The notes under the pieces are model-generated. The model was not told the DNA's origin and made no database searches. It saw nothing but the letters and a program-made list of their open reading frames with translations. A program made the position numbers and the translations under genes. Below, piece by piece: positions 37,601 through 50,092 of a stretch of DNA of 64,000 nt (positions are counted from its first letter, which is position 1; every line of letters starts with the position of its first letter). This DNA is from Antedon mediterranea (Eukaryota > Animalia > Echinodermata), in the NCBI RefSeq assembly GCF_964355755.1, contig NC_092674.1:372001-436000 (forward strand). Direction: 5' to 3'.

Positions 37601-40600
37601 ATGGCTTATATAAAATGAGACTTAATAAGGCCCCAGGCAGTGATGGCTTATATAAAATGAGACTTAATAAGGCCCCAGGCAGTGATGGCTTGTATAAAAT
37701 GAGACTTAATAAGGCCCCAGGCAGTGATGGCTTATATAAAATGAGACTTAATAAGGCCCCAGGCAGTGATGGCTTATATAAAATGAGACTTAATAAGGCC
37801 CCAGGCAGTGATGGCTTGTCAGTAGAATTTTACCAAACATTTTGGAATTCTTTTGACTTTTTAGTTTGTGATGCTTTTAATTTTTCTTTTAATAATGGAC
37901 AATTGTCAAATTCTCAAAGGAGAGGAGTAGTCTCCTTACTGTACAAAAATGGTAAAAGGGAAGACTTAAAAAATTGGAGACCAATAACTCTTCTTAATAT
38001 AGATTACAAGATTATGGCAAATGTTATTGCAAATAGACTAAAATTAGTAATTGGTGACATAATAGATACTGATCAAAAAGGTTATATTAAAGGAAGGTTT
38101 GCTGGTGAAAATATAAGGCTTGTTGAAGATGTATTAGAATACACCAATAATTTTAATAAAGAAGGTGCTATAATATTTCTAGATTTTGCTAAAGCATTTG
38201 ACAAAATAGATAGAGTATTTTTAATCCAATCATTGAAAAGATTTGGTTTTGGTCAGGACCTAATACAATGGGTCAAGACATTTTATTTCAATACTGAGTC
38301 AGTTACTACAAACAATGGATGGGTATCAGAAAGTTTTAAGATGAATAATGGTATTAGACAAGGATGCCCTCTTTCGGCATTACTTTTTTAAATAGCTGTA
38401 GAGCCAATGGCTAGCAATATAAGAAGCAATATTCATTGTAAAGGTATTATACTGCCTTCAAAAGGGTATAATGATGAACAAGAAGTCAAAATTGCTCAGT
38501 TAGCAGACGATACTATAATTTTTGTTAGGGATGAAATGAGTATTGAAGCTTGTATAAATACAGTAGACTTGTTTTGTAAGGTTGCAGGAATGTCACTTAA
38601 CAAAATGAAAACAAAAGGTATGTGGATAGGTTCTTCAAAAAACAACGTTCATAAACCCTTTTCAATACAATGGGAGGATGAGCCTGTCAAATTCTTAGGT
38701 GTTTTTGTTGGTTATGATAAAACAAAATGCCACAAAAAAAACTGGGTTGAAAAGATTGAAAATTTTAAAAATGTATTAAAAACCTGGGAAAAAAGAAATT
38801 TAAGTATTTTTGGTAAAGTAATGGTGATAAAAACACTAGCACTCTCCAAACTAGTATATAATGCTAGTATAATAGAGGTACCCACAAATATTGTAAATGA
38901 GGTTAACAGTATTATTTTTAAGTTCATTTGGAATGGAAAAGGAGAAAAAATAAAAAGAGATATTATGTTTCAAGAAATTAAACACGGAGGTATAAAACTA
39001 ACTGATTTTAATTTAGTTGTAAAATCATTAAAATTAAACTGGATAAAACGGTTACTTAGCCCAGATCCAGGAAAGTGGAAGTGTATTCCGCTATATTTTT
39101 TACATCCTGTTAAATACTTATCGGAAATGTCGCAAATAGATAAAAAAAAACAAGTTTTTATCTGACATTCCAACTTTCTATAAAGAAATTTTATCAATTT
39201 GTACACAGTATAATAATTATTTTTACACTGAACCACAAGGTATAGATGAAATTAATAAACAGATTTTTTGGGGCAACAAATATATTGTACTAAACAATAA
39301 ATCTTTATATAACCAAAATTGAATTGATTCTGGAATAACACAAATTAGTGATATTGTTAATGATAACTCTTTTAAGTCGTCACAAGAAATTGTTGATAAA
39401 CTTAAGAAATTTTAAAAAACTGGATTGTTGAATATTTTTGTTTAAAACATGCATTTCCCAGACATTGGAAAAACAAACTTTTTAATGTTAAAGATAATAT
39501 TCAGGTAGTAGAAGTGAACAAATATGATTTATATGACAAAAACGCTACAGTTAAAACATTTTACAAGGGATTTTTGGTGAATAAACCCAGTGAACCAAAT
39601 GTTCAAACGAAATGGGAAAGAGATCTTAATTTAGATTCTTTAGATTGAAATACAATATGGCATAGAAAAGTATACTGTATGAAACACATAAGTAAAATTG
39701 CACAATTTAATTTTAAATTGTTGCATAGAATTTTATGCTGTAAAAAGAAACTTAAGTTATGGAAGATATATGATTCAGATATGTGTGACAGATGTAACAT
39801 AGAAATAGAAGACGAAAGGCACATGCTAATCAAATGTGAAAAAAATGCGCCCTTTTGGTATAATTTTAACAACATGCTAAACTCTTGTAACAAAGAAAAT
39901 CAGGCGTTTGTTGATTATTCTTGTTTTGAATATATTATTCTTGGCTTAGCCAATAATATTGTTAATGAGTTGTTATCAATTTTTAATTTTTGTATTTACA
40001 AGGCAAGTGTTCTTTTTCGAACAGAAAATAAAATTGTAAATGCATGGTTGTTATTCACTAAAGAAATTAAAATGTTAAGAAAAATTGAATACGCAATTGA
40101 TAATCTTGCGGCTAGAAAGAAATGGGGAAAATTAGATCATAATCGTCTAGAATATTATCTAAATAGATGACAATCAAATGTAAAGTTATGAAATGATTGA
40201 AAATAAGGTGTGCTAGGAGAATGACATAAAAGATGTAGGCATAATGCATATACGGGTGTGTATATATATGTTTAAGAGTATGTATTAATAGTCAAAGTTG
40301 TGATATCAATCAGTAGCTACAAGATACAATATTATTTATGTGTTATGTAAGTATTGAGTATATCAAAGTTATCAAAGCATATCAAGGCTATGTAAATTAA
40401 ATGAGAACAAAAGGGATTGTATAATAACTATAGGGAAACACAACAAGACGAACATAAGTGTTAAGAGATAATAATGAAAAAGATGAACTCAAAAAGAAAG
40501 CAAATATGCATGATTAAAACAAATGTTAATAGACGGAATATACATGTTAATGTATTAATGTATATACAGTATGTATTTATGGAATTAAAAGTGGGAGGAA

Positions 40601-40910
40601 CCCATGTAAGACAAAAAAAAACCAATTGGAATAACGTAGACAAAATAAAATGGAGAGTTATGGACACATCATCTTCATTTAGGCCTCTGTTTTAATTCAC
40701 CTGTGCGCACTTGATCGAAACTTTGATCATCGGCCACCGTTACAATTCTACGTCAAATATTATGATTCTGCAATCATTTTTTGAAATTAAGGTATTTTAT
40801 TACAGACTAAATTAAATTATGAAATATATTTAAAACTTACGTGAATTAACGAAGTCAAATCCGAAAAATATTCCAATAATCGCCAGCATTTCAAGAACGA
40901 TTCGATACAT
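34625..40910 (-). CDS. Secreted SRCR - 4x calcium-binding EGF - PAN/Apple protein, ~365 aa
   Basis: Exons 40910-40841 (signal peptide [23 protein letters not shown]), 36767-36432 (SRCR: EGRVEV...WGTVCDD...[14 protein letters not shown]...[11 protein letters not shown]), EGF exons 36224-36114, 35944-35831, 35552-35439, 35151-35035 (IDEC..PC.NGG.C.D), 34863-34625 (PAN: SILECLLKC...CLSMNY...CELN); all introns phase 1. Confidence 0.88.
36935..40620 (+). mobile_element. 5'-truncated Tx1/L1-clade LINE pseudogene, antisense in intron 1 of the SRCR gene
   Basis: ORF2 pieces 36971-40170: [68 protein letters not shown]-terminal CxxC...HxxxxC; nonsense codon at 38389 and several frameshifts. Ends are approximate. 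Confidence 0.92.
37525..37818 (+). repeat. 42-bp in-frame tandem repeat x7 inside LINE ORF2
   Basis: ([14 protein letters not shown]) x7. Confidence 0.97.
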
Positions 40911-43900
40911 CCTGATCACGGTGGTAGATCTTCACGTGTAAGAAGTCAGAACAGAATAGCCGCGACAGCCGTGAAACCCATGAACATTGGCCACTCTCGA
41001 GTGAACAATACTTCGCAGGAGTGTTAATTAATTGTTGCAATTGGTAATCAATGCAATTGGTAATCAATACTTCATCATGCTGGCATTCTTCTTCAATAAT
41101 ATAAGACAATAAGGAAGAATTTCTACAACGTAATTAATTGAAAATAAAAAGATTGTTATTGTACCTTAAACTGTGTGACCTTTGTTTAAGTATTACTTTT
41201 TTAATGATAACACCTTAGAAATTATTACAACAAAATGTTTTTGTCTCAATTATTTCAAATCTCGCTAAGAGCCCGTCATTTTATTGCCTTTATTCATTGT
41301 ATCAGCAGCATTTAATTTTTCAAATATTTTGAAATAGCAGTACTTTTACCCATTTATCATTTACATTATCTTTTTTTAATTGCCCTGTGTCATTTTGCAA
41401 TTAAGTTATCTCTTCTTTTGAAATGACGGTAGCATAACATAACCTGATCACCTGTTTATTGCTTCGTTTACGGTCATCCGTTTGATATTGATTTTTTCCC
41501 CGATGCATTGATTTGTCCAACCTACGTAATTAAGTTCATCTATGTGACCAAATTGCCTATAAGGTTATAATAATCTTGACTATTGAAAAAAATTCTATTT
41601 CAATTAATATTTTAGGAGTAAGTTTTCTAATTTGTCGATCCAATACATACAATAAAGTTCACTAGTGTAGTTTATTTATTTATTTCATAAAACCTTCAGA
41701 AGGAGAAGCAGCCTTGTATAAATCAATATAAAATAAACATATTTAAAATGGCAATAATAATCTGTAAATACTATAAATCGTTATTAATTAATAAAAATGT
41801 CACACTGTCACAAATACCGTGGTCAATACAAAACAATATAACATTAAAAACAGTACAGGAATGAATTCAGGGTAGCACAAAAAATTAACCAATGGTCAAA
41901 CTTATTTCCACTGTGGCCCCTAAAAATGAACTAGGTAGGCCTACATAAGGATGAAATATCAATAAAATGGTGGTTAGATACCTCCACTTTCAAGTGCATG
42001 TTTAGTTGGCCCATGGATTAAAGAATAGAAGGATATGCATCGACGGTGACATCAAACGATTTTACAACGCGCTTGCCTATACTAAAGCACTGCTGCCAAT
42101 CAAACAAACACGTTCATTGAACTCCGTGTCTCTAACCGCGGCCCTCTGTAAAACGCTGCGAATCAACTGTTACATTTTTTGAGACCAAAACGTAACCATG
42201 TAGAAATCGTATGCGCAGTCTGAATGTTCTATTGACATGTCTGCGTCGATGATTAATTGATAACAAACATATATTGCTGAATAATTCTGTTTTAGTTTCA
42301 TCACAATCGGACTACGAAAAGTTCACTTTCTTACGACTGGTAATTTTAGGTAGTTGGTAATATTAATAAAATATGCCATTTTTATATTTGAATTATCATT
42401 ATTTGCCTGCCATCTTCTGTCATTAAAAATTGCGTTAATCTATAGAATATTAAATTATGCATTTGACCATGTATGTTGTTAGCGTGGCCGGTGTTCAGAC
42501 ATACAACAATCGTGTTTTTTAATATATGGCTAAGCAGTGGTTTCTTCATAAATCTCCTTAATTATCGATGTGATTATATTTAAACTGTAGTGCCTGGTGA
42601 TTGGCTAGTGGTTATGTCATCCACATCACATCCAATCACCGGGCCTAATTGAATGAAAACAGCGATCCCTGATCCGGGATTGGCTGGCTATGTATAGTTG
42701 CGATTCGTTACCTAGCGGTCGTTTTGAAAAGTACACGCAGGGCAAACTTGATCACGAACAAACGAAGTAGGCCTACCTATTATTATTATTCACACAAGAA
42801 GTAAGACAACGGTGAGTATTTAAGATTAGCCTAGGCCTACCTAGGCAGTATCAATGTCGGCAAATCATAGGGTTTACTAGCCCAGTTTAGCCTAGTTAGT
42901 ACAAGGCCTGGGCCTAGCTAGGCTAGCATTCTTGCTGATTTTGTAATTTTACAACAAATGAGACAACTAATAGTTATTGTCTCAGATGTAGGGCTACTAC
43001 AGGTCATAAAATGCTACTTTAATCATCATAAAAAAATCATTAGCGTAGATCAATCGCGGCAGAAACCAACATAGTCAATAGTTGACCATCTACAAACATC
43101 ATGCCACCAAAGAACGCGCGAAAGAAGCGTAGTAGCCAACAAGGTTAAATGTCGTTGCACATGTGCAGTAAACAATATATTAGGCACGCGACCGTTTCGT
43201 TGTTACCATGCGGTTAATTAAACTGTAACATTGTGGGCGGTCCGCGGTCTGTCGGCGAGAGTCAAGGAACCCTTGATCTCACGTCGATGCATATCCTTCT
43301 ATTCTTTAATCCATGGTTGGCCTTTGGTGTACAGTTTGTGTATTTAGACCTATATATATTTATTTCGTTTAAGGTGCATGTGGGTGGTGAATATTCGAAC
43401 GGAGTGCTTATTTGAGCGTTTACAATGTAGTGTAATAATACAGTACTTCATGCTTTATTACTCAATCGATTGATCTTATCAATTGAACGTATTTGGTTCT
43501 TCTATTGATCCGACCAGGAAATGTTTCAGCCAACCGTGACATTATGTAATATATTTCTGTTGATAAGATAGTAACGGTTACTAAGATATGGTTCCGGAAT
43601 TACAACATAGGAACTACGACCGGTAAATAGTTTTTAATATAAAGCCAGGACTATTTATAAACTCTTAGCTTAGTTTCACAAAGTTACTACTAGTAATGAA
43701 ATTAATATTACAAACAATAAATACATTTAAGTAAATCAGTTTGTCTGAATGTTTTGTGCTGCTCGACAATATAAGTACCAACTTTGTATGTATTTTGTAT
43801 GTTTTCTTAGTTTTAATGATGGAGTAAGATCACTTATTCTGTTTTGGCTCATGCCTATTACTTGCTCCTGTTCAATGATGTACTTTATTTATATATGAAG

Positions 43901-44108
43901 AGTATATATACTAGAGTTTTATTAATATTATAAACAAGCTTGTAGTACGAGTTACAGTTTCTGTATCATAAGGTAACTCATTTCTAACCATTATTTGACG
44001 TACATTTTTGTAGTTTCCTTGTTTCATATATTTTATAGTTTGAACAAAGAATTGTATAATTCATTAATAATGGAAACACCTTCAAGTAATACATATATCG
44101 GAAATAAA

Positions 44109-44966
44109 ATGAAATACATTGTTCTCTTGGTAAGTGTTATTGCATCTGTAAGAGGGATAGAAGAACCGAGCAGAGTCAATAACAACCAGTCATTGGTGTT
44201 AGGAGGTCTATTTTGTCCTTATGAACAATCAGAGGTTTACAATTATGACTGGAAAAACGGAGCACCACAGGAAAAATGTACACAATTTCACCTAGCATTT
44301 TTTCTAGCCTCGACGGTAGCAAAATTTGCTGTTGACGAAATCAACATTAATGGATCACTTTCCAGAAAGCTTGAGTACAAACCTGTTCAGCATTGTGGTT
44401 CAGCCGTAGCCAGTGTTGAAGGAATATTCCGTGTATTGGAGAATGATAATCTAAAAGTTATTATAGCCGGTGAAGTATCTGAAAACTTTATAAGAGTTGG
44501 ACAGATAGCCTCGGTATATAACATACCCATTATTGCTCCGTACGCTACTAGTGATACCTTCTCGAAAAACATTGACAGCGTTTATCGGACTTCCTTCCGC
44601 ACTGTACCTAGTGATAACCACCAGTCAAAGGCGTTGGCCAAACTTTCATTTCATTTTAAATGGAAATGGGTTGGAGCGGTTGCAATTGATGATGAATATG
44701 GTCGAACTGGACTAAGAGGGATTGTACATGAATTTAAAAAATTCAATGAAAATAAAGATGAAGTACCAATCTGCGTTGCTTTTCAGTTTTACATTGATAA
44801 AAATAATTTTAACGAGAGTATCGATACTTTCTTTAACATAATGAACAAAACAAGAAATGTGGACGTAGTATATTTCTATACACATCCATCTATGGACATT
44901 CATGCATTTTTTAGCCGAGCTGATTATTTTACTACAATTAAACGTGAGTAGGTCTATGTTTATAAC

Positions 44967-45001
<35 letters not shown>

Positions 45002-47485
45002 GAAATAACTTGAATTTACTGCATAATTGACTCAATGTTTAATCGATAGAGTAGGCCTTGTTGTAGGCCTCTTTTTTATTTTGATAGCTAGCTTAAGCTT
45101 TGTCTACAGTATCACACTTTATGTGACAAATAAAATGCGATGTCTCGCTATAATATGGACATGATGATGTCATATCACTACCGATGCATTTGGGCACATC
45201 ACATTTGTTTTGTCAAACTGGCTGATTTGATAGAGCGTTAGTCCAATATTAATTAATTAATCGATTTAAAACAAAAGGTTGCATGCCTATAATTTTACCA
45301 TCAAGCTTTTGAGACAATTTTTCATGACTGTTTTGTTTGATCTATAGCATGTGTTTGGATTGCTTCAGAGGGTTGGTCAGATATAGCAAGTGACTTCTAC
45401 GACTATAACGTCGTTGCGTCTGTCATTGGAGTAGACGTTCAATACCCAAACATACCTAATCTGTTCAAGTTTACTTCGGCATGTGATGCGTTCATGAGCA
45501 ATACTGACACGCCATCCACCTCCGACCTCCAATTGTGGTTGTGCCAAAATATCTACTCGTTAAATGAGCACTGTGATCTTTGTTCAACCACTTTTGTTAA
45601 AAACAAAACTGTTGATGTAAATAAAATACTTGAGGACAATATGGACTATATGGCTTATACAACGTACATTGCAGTGCAAGCTATTTATCAGTCAATTAAA
45701 GATATTGAACATTGTCATTACCAAGCAGCCTTACTTGATGAGGGTTGTCCAAATATCACCAATTTGTATCCATGGCAATTAATGCTGTACCTAAAAAATG
45801 CAAACTTCACCGACAATAATGGTAGTTATTATCAATTTACCGAAAATCAAGATCTTAGCCCTTCGTACATCTACAGAAATACTCAACAAGAAGAACCTCG
45901 CTTGCTTACTATAGGCTCGTATTATCTTGATTTGAACAATGATGTTGTGTTTCGTATCAACGAATCAGTTATAATGTGGAACCGTACAGGAGGGCAGGTA
46001 TACCTTGTTTTCTATTTAAAATATAAAATGTATAGTTTTACCATGTTTGTTGTTAGATTGTCTTGGTTAACTTACGATTATCCATTTGTTTCACATTGTA
46101 GGCCTAACATTATCCCGTCCGTGTCTGTCTGTCTATTCAAGGCTAAAACAAAGAACATAGTTGATTTTATTTGTATACTTGCATATATTAGGCATATTTT
46201 ATTCTTATTTCTATACGTATGCATATACTTTTTAATATATTTCAAAATTTAGGTACCAAAAGGACGCTGTAGCAACAGCGATTGTCTACCTGGACAATGG
46301 ATACTAAAAAGTCATATTATCTGCTGCTTTGATTGCTATCCTTGTCCCCCAAACGCCGTATCTTATGGTAACAGTAAGTGTTAATTGTGATATGTTTTAT
46401 TTATTTATTTGTTCATCCTGTCTTAATACTGAATACTTTCTAAAGTGATTCAGTAGGGAACACTACTCAAACATCATTATACTGTAAATGCATTTGCCTT
46501 TTGATGGTGGTTTGTAGATTGTCAAGCATAATAAATCAACTAATGTTTTTCTTTCTGTTTTTCAGACACTCCAAGTTGTTCTGAATGTTCAAATAAAGAA
46601 TATGCAAACGATGCCAAAACTGAATGCATACCAAAGAGACTAGGCGTAATACATTATAATAGCAGTGCCGGTGTAGCTTTAGTTTTGTTCAGTTGTAGTG
46701 GCAGTGTAGCATCAGTTATAATAGGAGTTGTATTTTACTACAAACGAGAAACTCCTTTGATTAAGGCATCGAGTATATCTCATAGCTTAGCTTTAGTTGT
46801 CGCAATCGCTTTGAGTTTCCAGACTGTGTTCTTTTACGTTGGAGAACCAAACGATATAACCTGCATATTCAAATCCATTGTCGACCGAGTTCATCTGACA
46901 TTTGTGATTATTATCTTCTGTGCCAAGCTATGCATAATTGATAGAGTGTTTAAATCAAATGTGATAGATATCTCAAAGAAAGTTAAACACACAACATGGG
47001 TTGCTGTCATTGCGTTAACATTCACTCATCTCATATTCAACATCATCTACCAATGTGTCGATCCGAGTAAAGCAGAAAAAGATTTATCTTACATTCGTAC
47101 AATGCCGATTTACTGCACAATGTCAACGTCAACATTTCTAACAGTAGCAATATTCCATTTTTTATTGTCTGCTGCTTGCTTTATCTTTTCGTTTCGCGCG
47201 CGATTTTTGCCAAAACGATTCCAAGATACCCGTCTGCTCTGGTTTATTATGTTCACAATGTGTCTTTTGCTGTTTCTTTCAATTCCCGCGCATTTCATAT
47301 CAGCGTCCGATTTAAGCAGACAAACCATTGACGCCATGTTTTTACTGCTTTTTAACTATTTCATCCTAATGGCGTACCATTCCATCAAAATTTACATTAC
47401 AATATTTAAACCTGTTGTAAATACTAGCCAATATTTTATGCAAAGATTTCGCAACAAGAATGCCACCAAAACTAAACAGAACTAG
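44109..47485 (+). CDS. Class C GPCR (CaSR/GPRC6A/V2R-like): Venus flytrap, cysteine-rich and 7TM domains
   Basis: Exons 44109 (or 44070)-44943 (signal MKYIVLLVSVIASVRG, LGGLF, FAVDEIN, FRTVPSDNHQ, FKWKWVG...DDEYGR), 45348-45997 (VWIASEGW), 46253-46373 (CCFDCYPCP), 46566-47485 (ETPLIKAS, RARFLPKRFQDTR, KIYITIFKP). Probable UTR exon ending at 42811. Confidence 0.93.
45096..45238. mobile_element. ~150-bp MITE, family copy 2
   Basis: Homologous to 5380-5526 and 60495-60640. Confidence 0.7.
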
Positions 47486-47664
47486 CATTATGCCTATACA
47501 TAAAGTGAACAAAAAATGTAAAAACCAACAAAAATTGCACTTGCATGCTACTCAAAATAATGGATAAATGTAGGCTTATTTATAGTAACAAATAAATAAT
47601 TCTGGCGTACTTAGAATGGTTAACGATGTGGCGTAGTTTCTGTGTAGGCCTAATGTACCGTAAT

Positions 47665-47935
47665 TCAGAACTAGCATTATGCGTCATAGGCCTACAATTT
47701 AAAAGACAAAAAAACTGTATTGTAATAGTAAAAATACTTGCACTTACATACTCAAAAGAATCGATACAATAATATTGTATCGATTATTATGCAGTAATGA
47801 ACAAAATAATTCTACAGCAAAGTGTATACGCAATGTTGTTAATGCTTTTTAACTATTTCATCTTGATGGTGGCGTATCATTCAATCAGAATTTACATTAC
47901 AATCTTTAGGCCTAAACCTGTTGTAAATACTAGGC
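47665..47935 (+). pseudogene. Degenerate, rearranged duplicate of the GPCR 3' end
   Basis: ~47830-47933 resembles ~47331-47427 (TM7/C-tail); ~47666-47812 resembles ~47477-47603 (stop and UTR). Confidence 0.8.
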
Positions 47936-48752
47936 TTTAAAAATGTCAATAATATAAACGTCTATATCATGAACTATTAAATTGTTTTGATCAAATCATA
48001 TGAAAGAAAATGAATGGGGAAAATCATAATAACATAACATAACATAATTGTATTGATATTTGAAGATGAAATGAATAAAAGTTAACGCCAAAAAAAAATT
48101 TCACAAAGTATAAAAACTAGCATACAACATTAAACTTTATATGCTTCTATTTAATTAAATATAATGAATATTATTATTATTATTATTGAAACGAGCTTTT
48201 GTCTACATTGATCATTGATAGTTGGCGACTCCAGCAGTCTGTAATGGTTTAATAACGTCGTCATGAACACTATAAACATACTAAACCTGTTTTACGTATA
48301 CAATATATAATAATAGTATAGTAATAATATATGTTGGTTCAGTAATATCGAATATAAACCTGTTTTTTAATTTTTTATTTATTTTAATTTTATTTCACAT
48401 AGGCCTACATTCAACAGCGATATAGCCAATTACAGGATGCTTTAAAGAGTATATGATGAGTTTGTGACAGTGGTTGTGTGTGAACTAGTACACCCCACCC
48501 CTTAATGTAAATTGAATATGCCTACTATTATAATGAAGAGTATTAATTACTATAATATTGATCTGTTAAGTTACCGCCGCTCGTCTGTGTAAATTGGCCT
48601 TTACTAATCACCTGTTTTTATTCACACCTAACTGCTTTACTGTAACAGAAATCGATTGATACGTTTCGATTTTCATGTTCTTTTCATAATAAACCAATTG
48701 ATAATTTCAGCTTGTTATTGGATTTAGTCGTATGGTATACTTTATATAGAAT

Positions 48753-48777
48753 CATGGAGTAAAGCCTTTACTCCATG
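48753..48777. mobile_element. 25-bp palindrome CATGG...CCATG with 7-bp TSD (candidate P-like footprint)
   Basis: CATGGAGTAAAG-C-CTTTACTCCATG; ATAGAAT at 48746-48752 and 48778-48784; same arms as 20606. Confidence 0.8.
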
Positions 48778-48826
48778 ATAGAATACAAAACGCTATTGGT
48801 CTCAGCAAACCCCTTTGACCATTCAC

Positions 48827-48855
48827 CAAAGATCTTATATACTATAAGATCTTTG
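48827..48855. mobile_element. 29-bp palindrome CAAAG...CTTTG with 8-bp TSD (candidate P-like footprint)
   Basis: CAAAGATCTTATA-TAC-TATAAGATCTTTG; CCATTCAC at 48819-48826 and 48856-48863. Confidence 0.8.
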
Positions 48856-50092
48856 CCATTCACTTTGAATCGGTGGCACTCAATATGTGGTCCGGTTCAA
48901 AAAACGGAACAGAACATATTGAGAATAAAACGAAAACATGAATAAACTATTATTGTTATTATTAATAATAATAAACTAAACTAAAACTCAATTTAAGTTT
49001 TTATAATTCCACCCTATACCGTTTCAAATCTCCGTGGTGGCGCTATAGCAACTTTTTGCAGAGAGAGAGACCTCGAGAGAGGAGAGAGACACATAGTTGC
49101 CATTTCTGGCATTATTATGCTTTTTGGCATTATTTAGAGGCCCACGGCATCTGGCATAATGCCGCGGCATTATTTAGCCGTTTTTAGCATAATCTGGCAT
49201 AATTTTGTGTTTTTTGAACAACCAAAAAATAATATACCACAGAACAAAAATAAAATATTTTGTTTAATCTTGCAATTTAATACATATCACCTTACACAAT
49301 ATCATATCGTACAAAACAGATCTGTTCGGGTTTTCCGTACAATAGTTCTTCCATCCTTTTGTTTCGGACTTAAATAGACTCTTCCGATAGGAAGGCTGCT
49401 CGAAAACTACCGTGTGTGCGATATAGGCAGCACAACAAAATCCGAAGAGGCTAGCTATTGGCCAATTATGTTGCTCTATTTCAGAGACCATGCAGGTTAT
49501 TGGATCCCCAGATATAGAGACAATTGAACGAAAACATTATGAAAGGGGTTTTGTTGTTTCAGTTCATAATTATAAGTGGCCGCACCCCTACCCCAACCCT
49601 TGAAATGGCAATTTCTAGTAACTAATTAGAAGCTCTAATTTTAAAAAGAATTTCTTCTAGCAGAATTTGTTTTCCATATTTCAAATTATGTTCCATTTGC
49701 ATCGTCGTAGCAACTCTATTTTTCCAAATGTTCTTCACCTCTAGTCTCAGCCCCAGTAGTGACCATGTGGGCGAGGTCATTTTTATTTTAAATTAAGTGC
49801 CATTTCCGCCCATCGAGCAGCTCTATTTTTCAATTTTTTTTACCTCAGCCCCAACCATGGTGGGGCTGAAGTCATGGAGACACTTAATATATATTTTTAT
49901 TTCCTATTTTAAATTATAATTGCCATTTTCAAAACTATGATGGGCTAAGATCCTGGAGGTACTAATAAATATATTTTTATTTCATATTTGAAATTAAGTG
50001 CCATTTCCGCCCATTGAGCAGCTCTATTTTCCCAAATTTTCTTACCTCAGCAACAGCCATGGTGGAGCCGAGGTCCTGGCGGACACAATTAA

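Noticed and set aside
40700-40768. Possible extra exon of the SRCR gene on the - strand
   Set aside because: Both candidate acceptors give an immediate stop in the phase set by exon 1; direct splicing to the SRCR exon is in frame.
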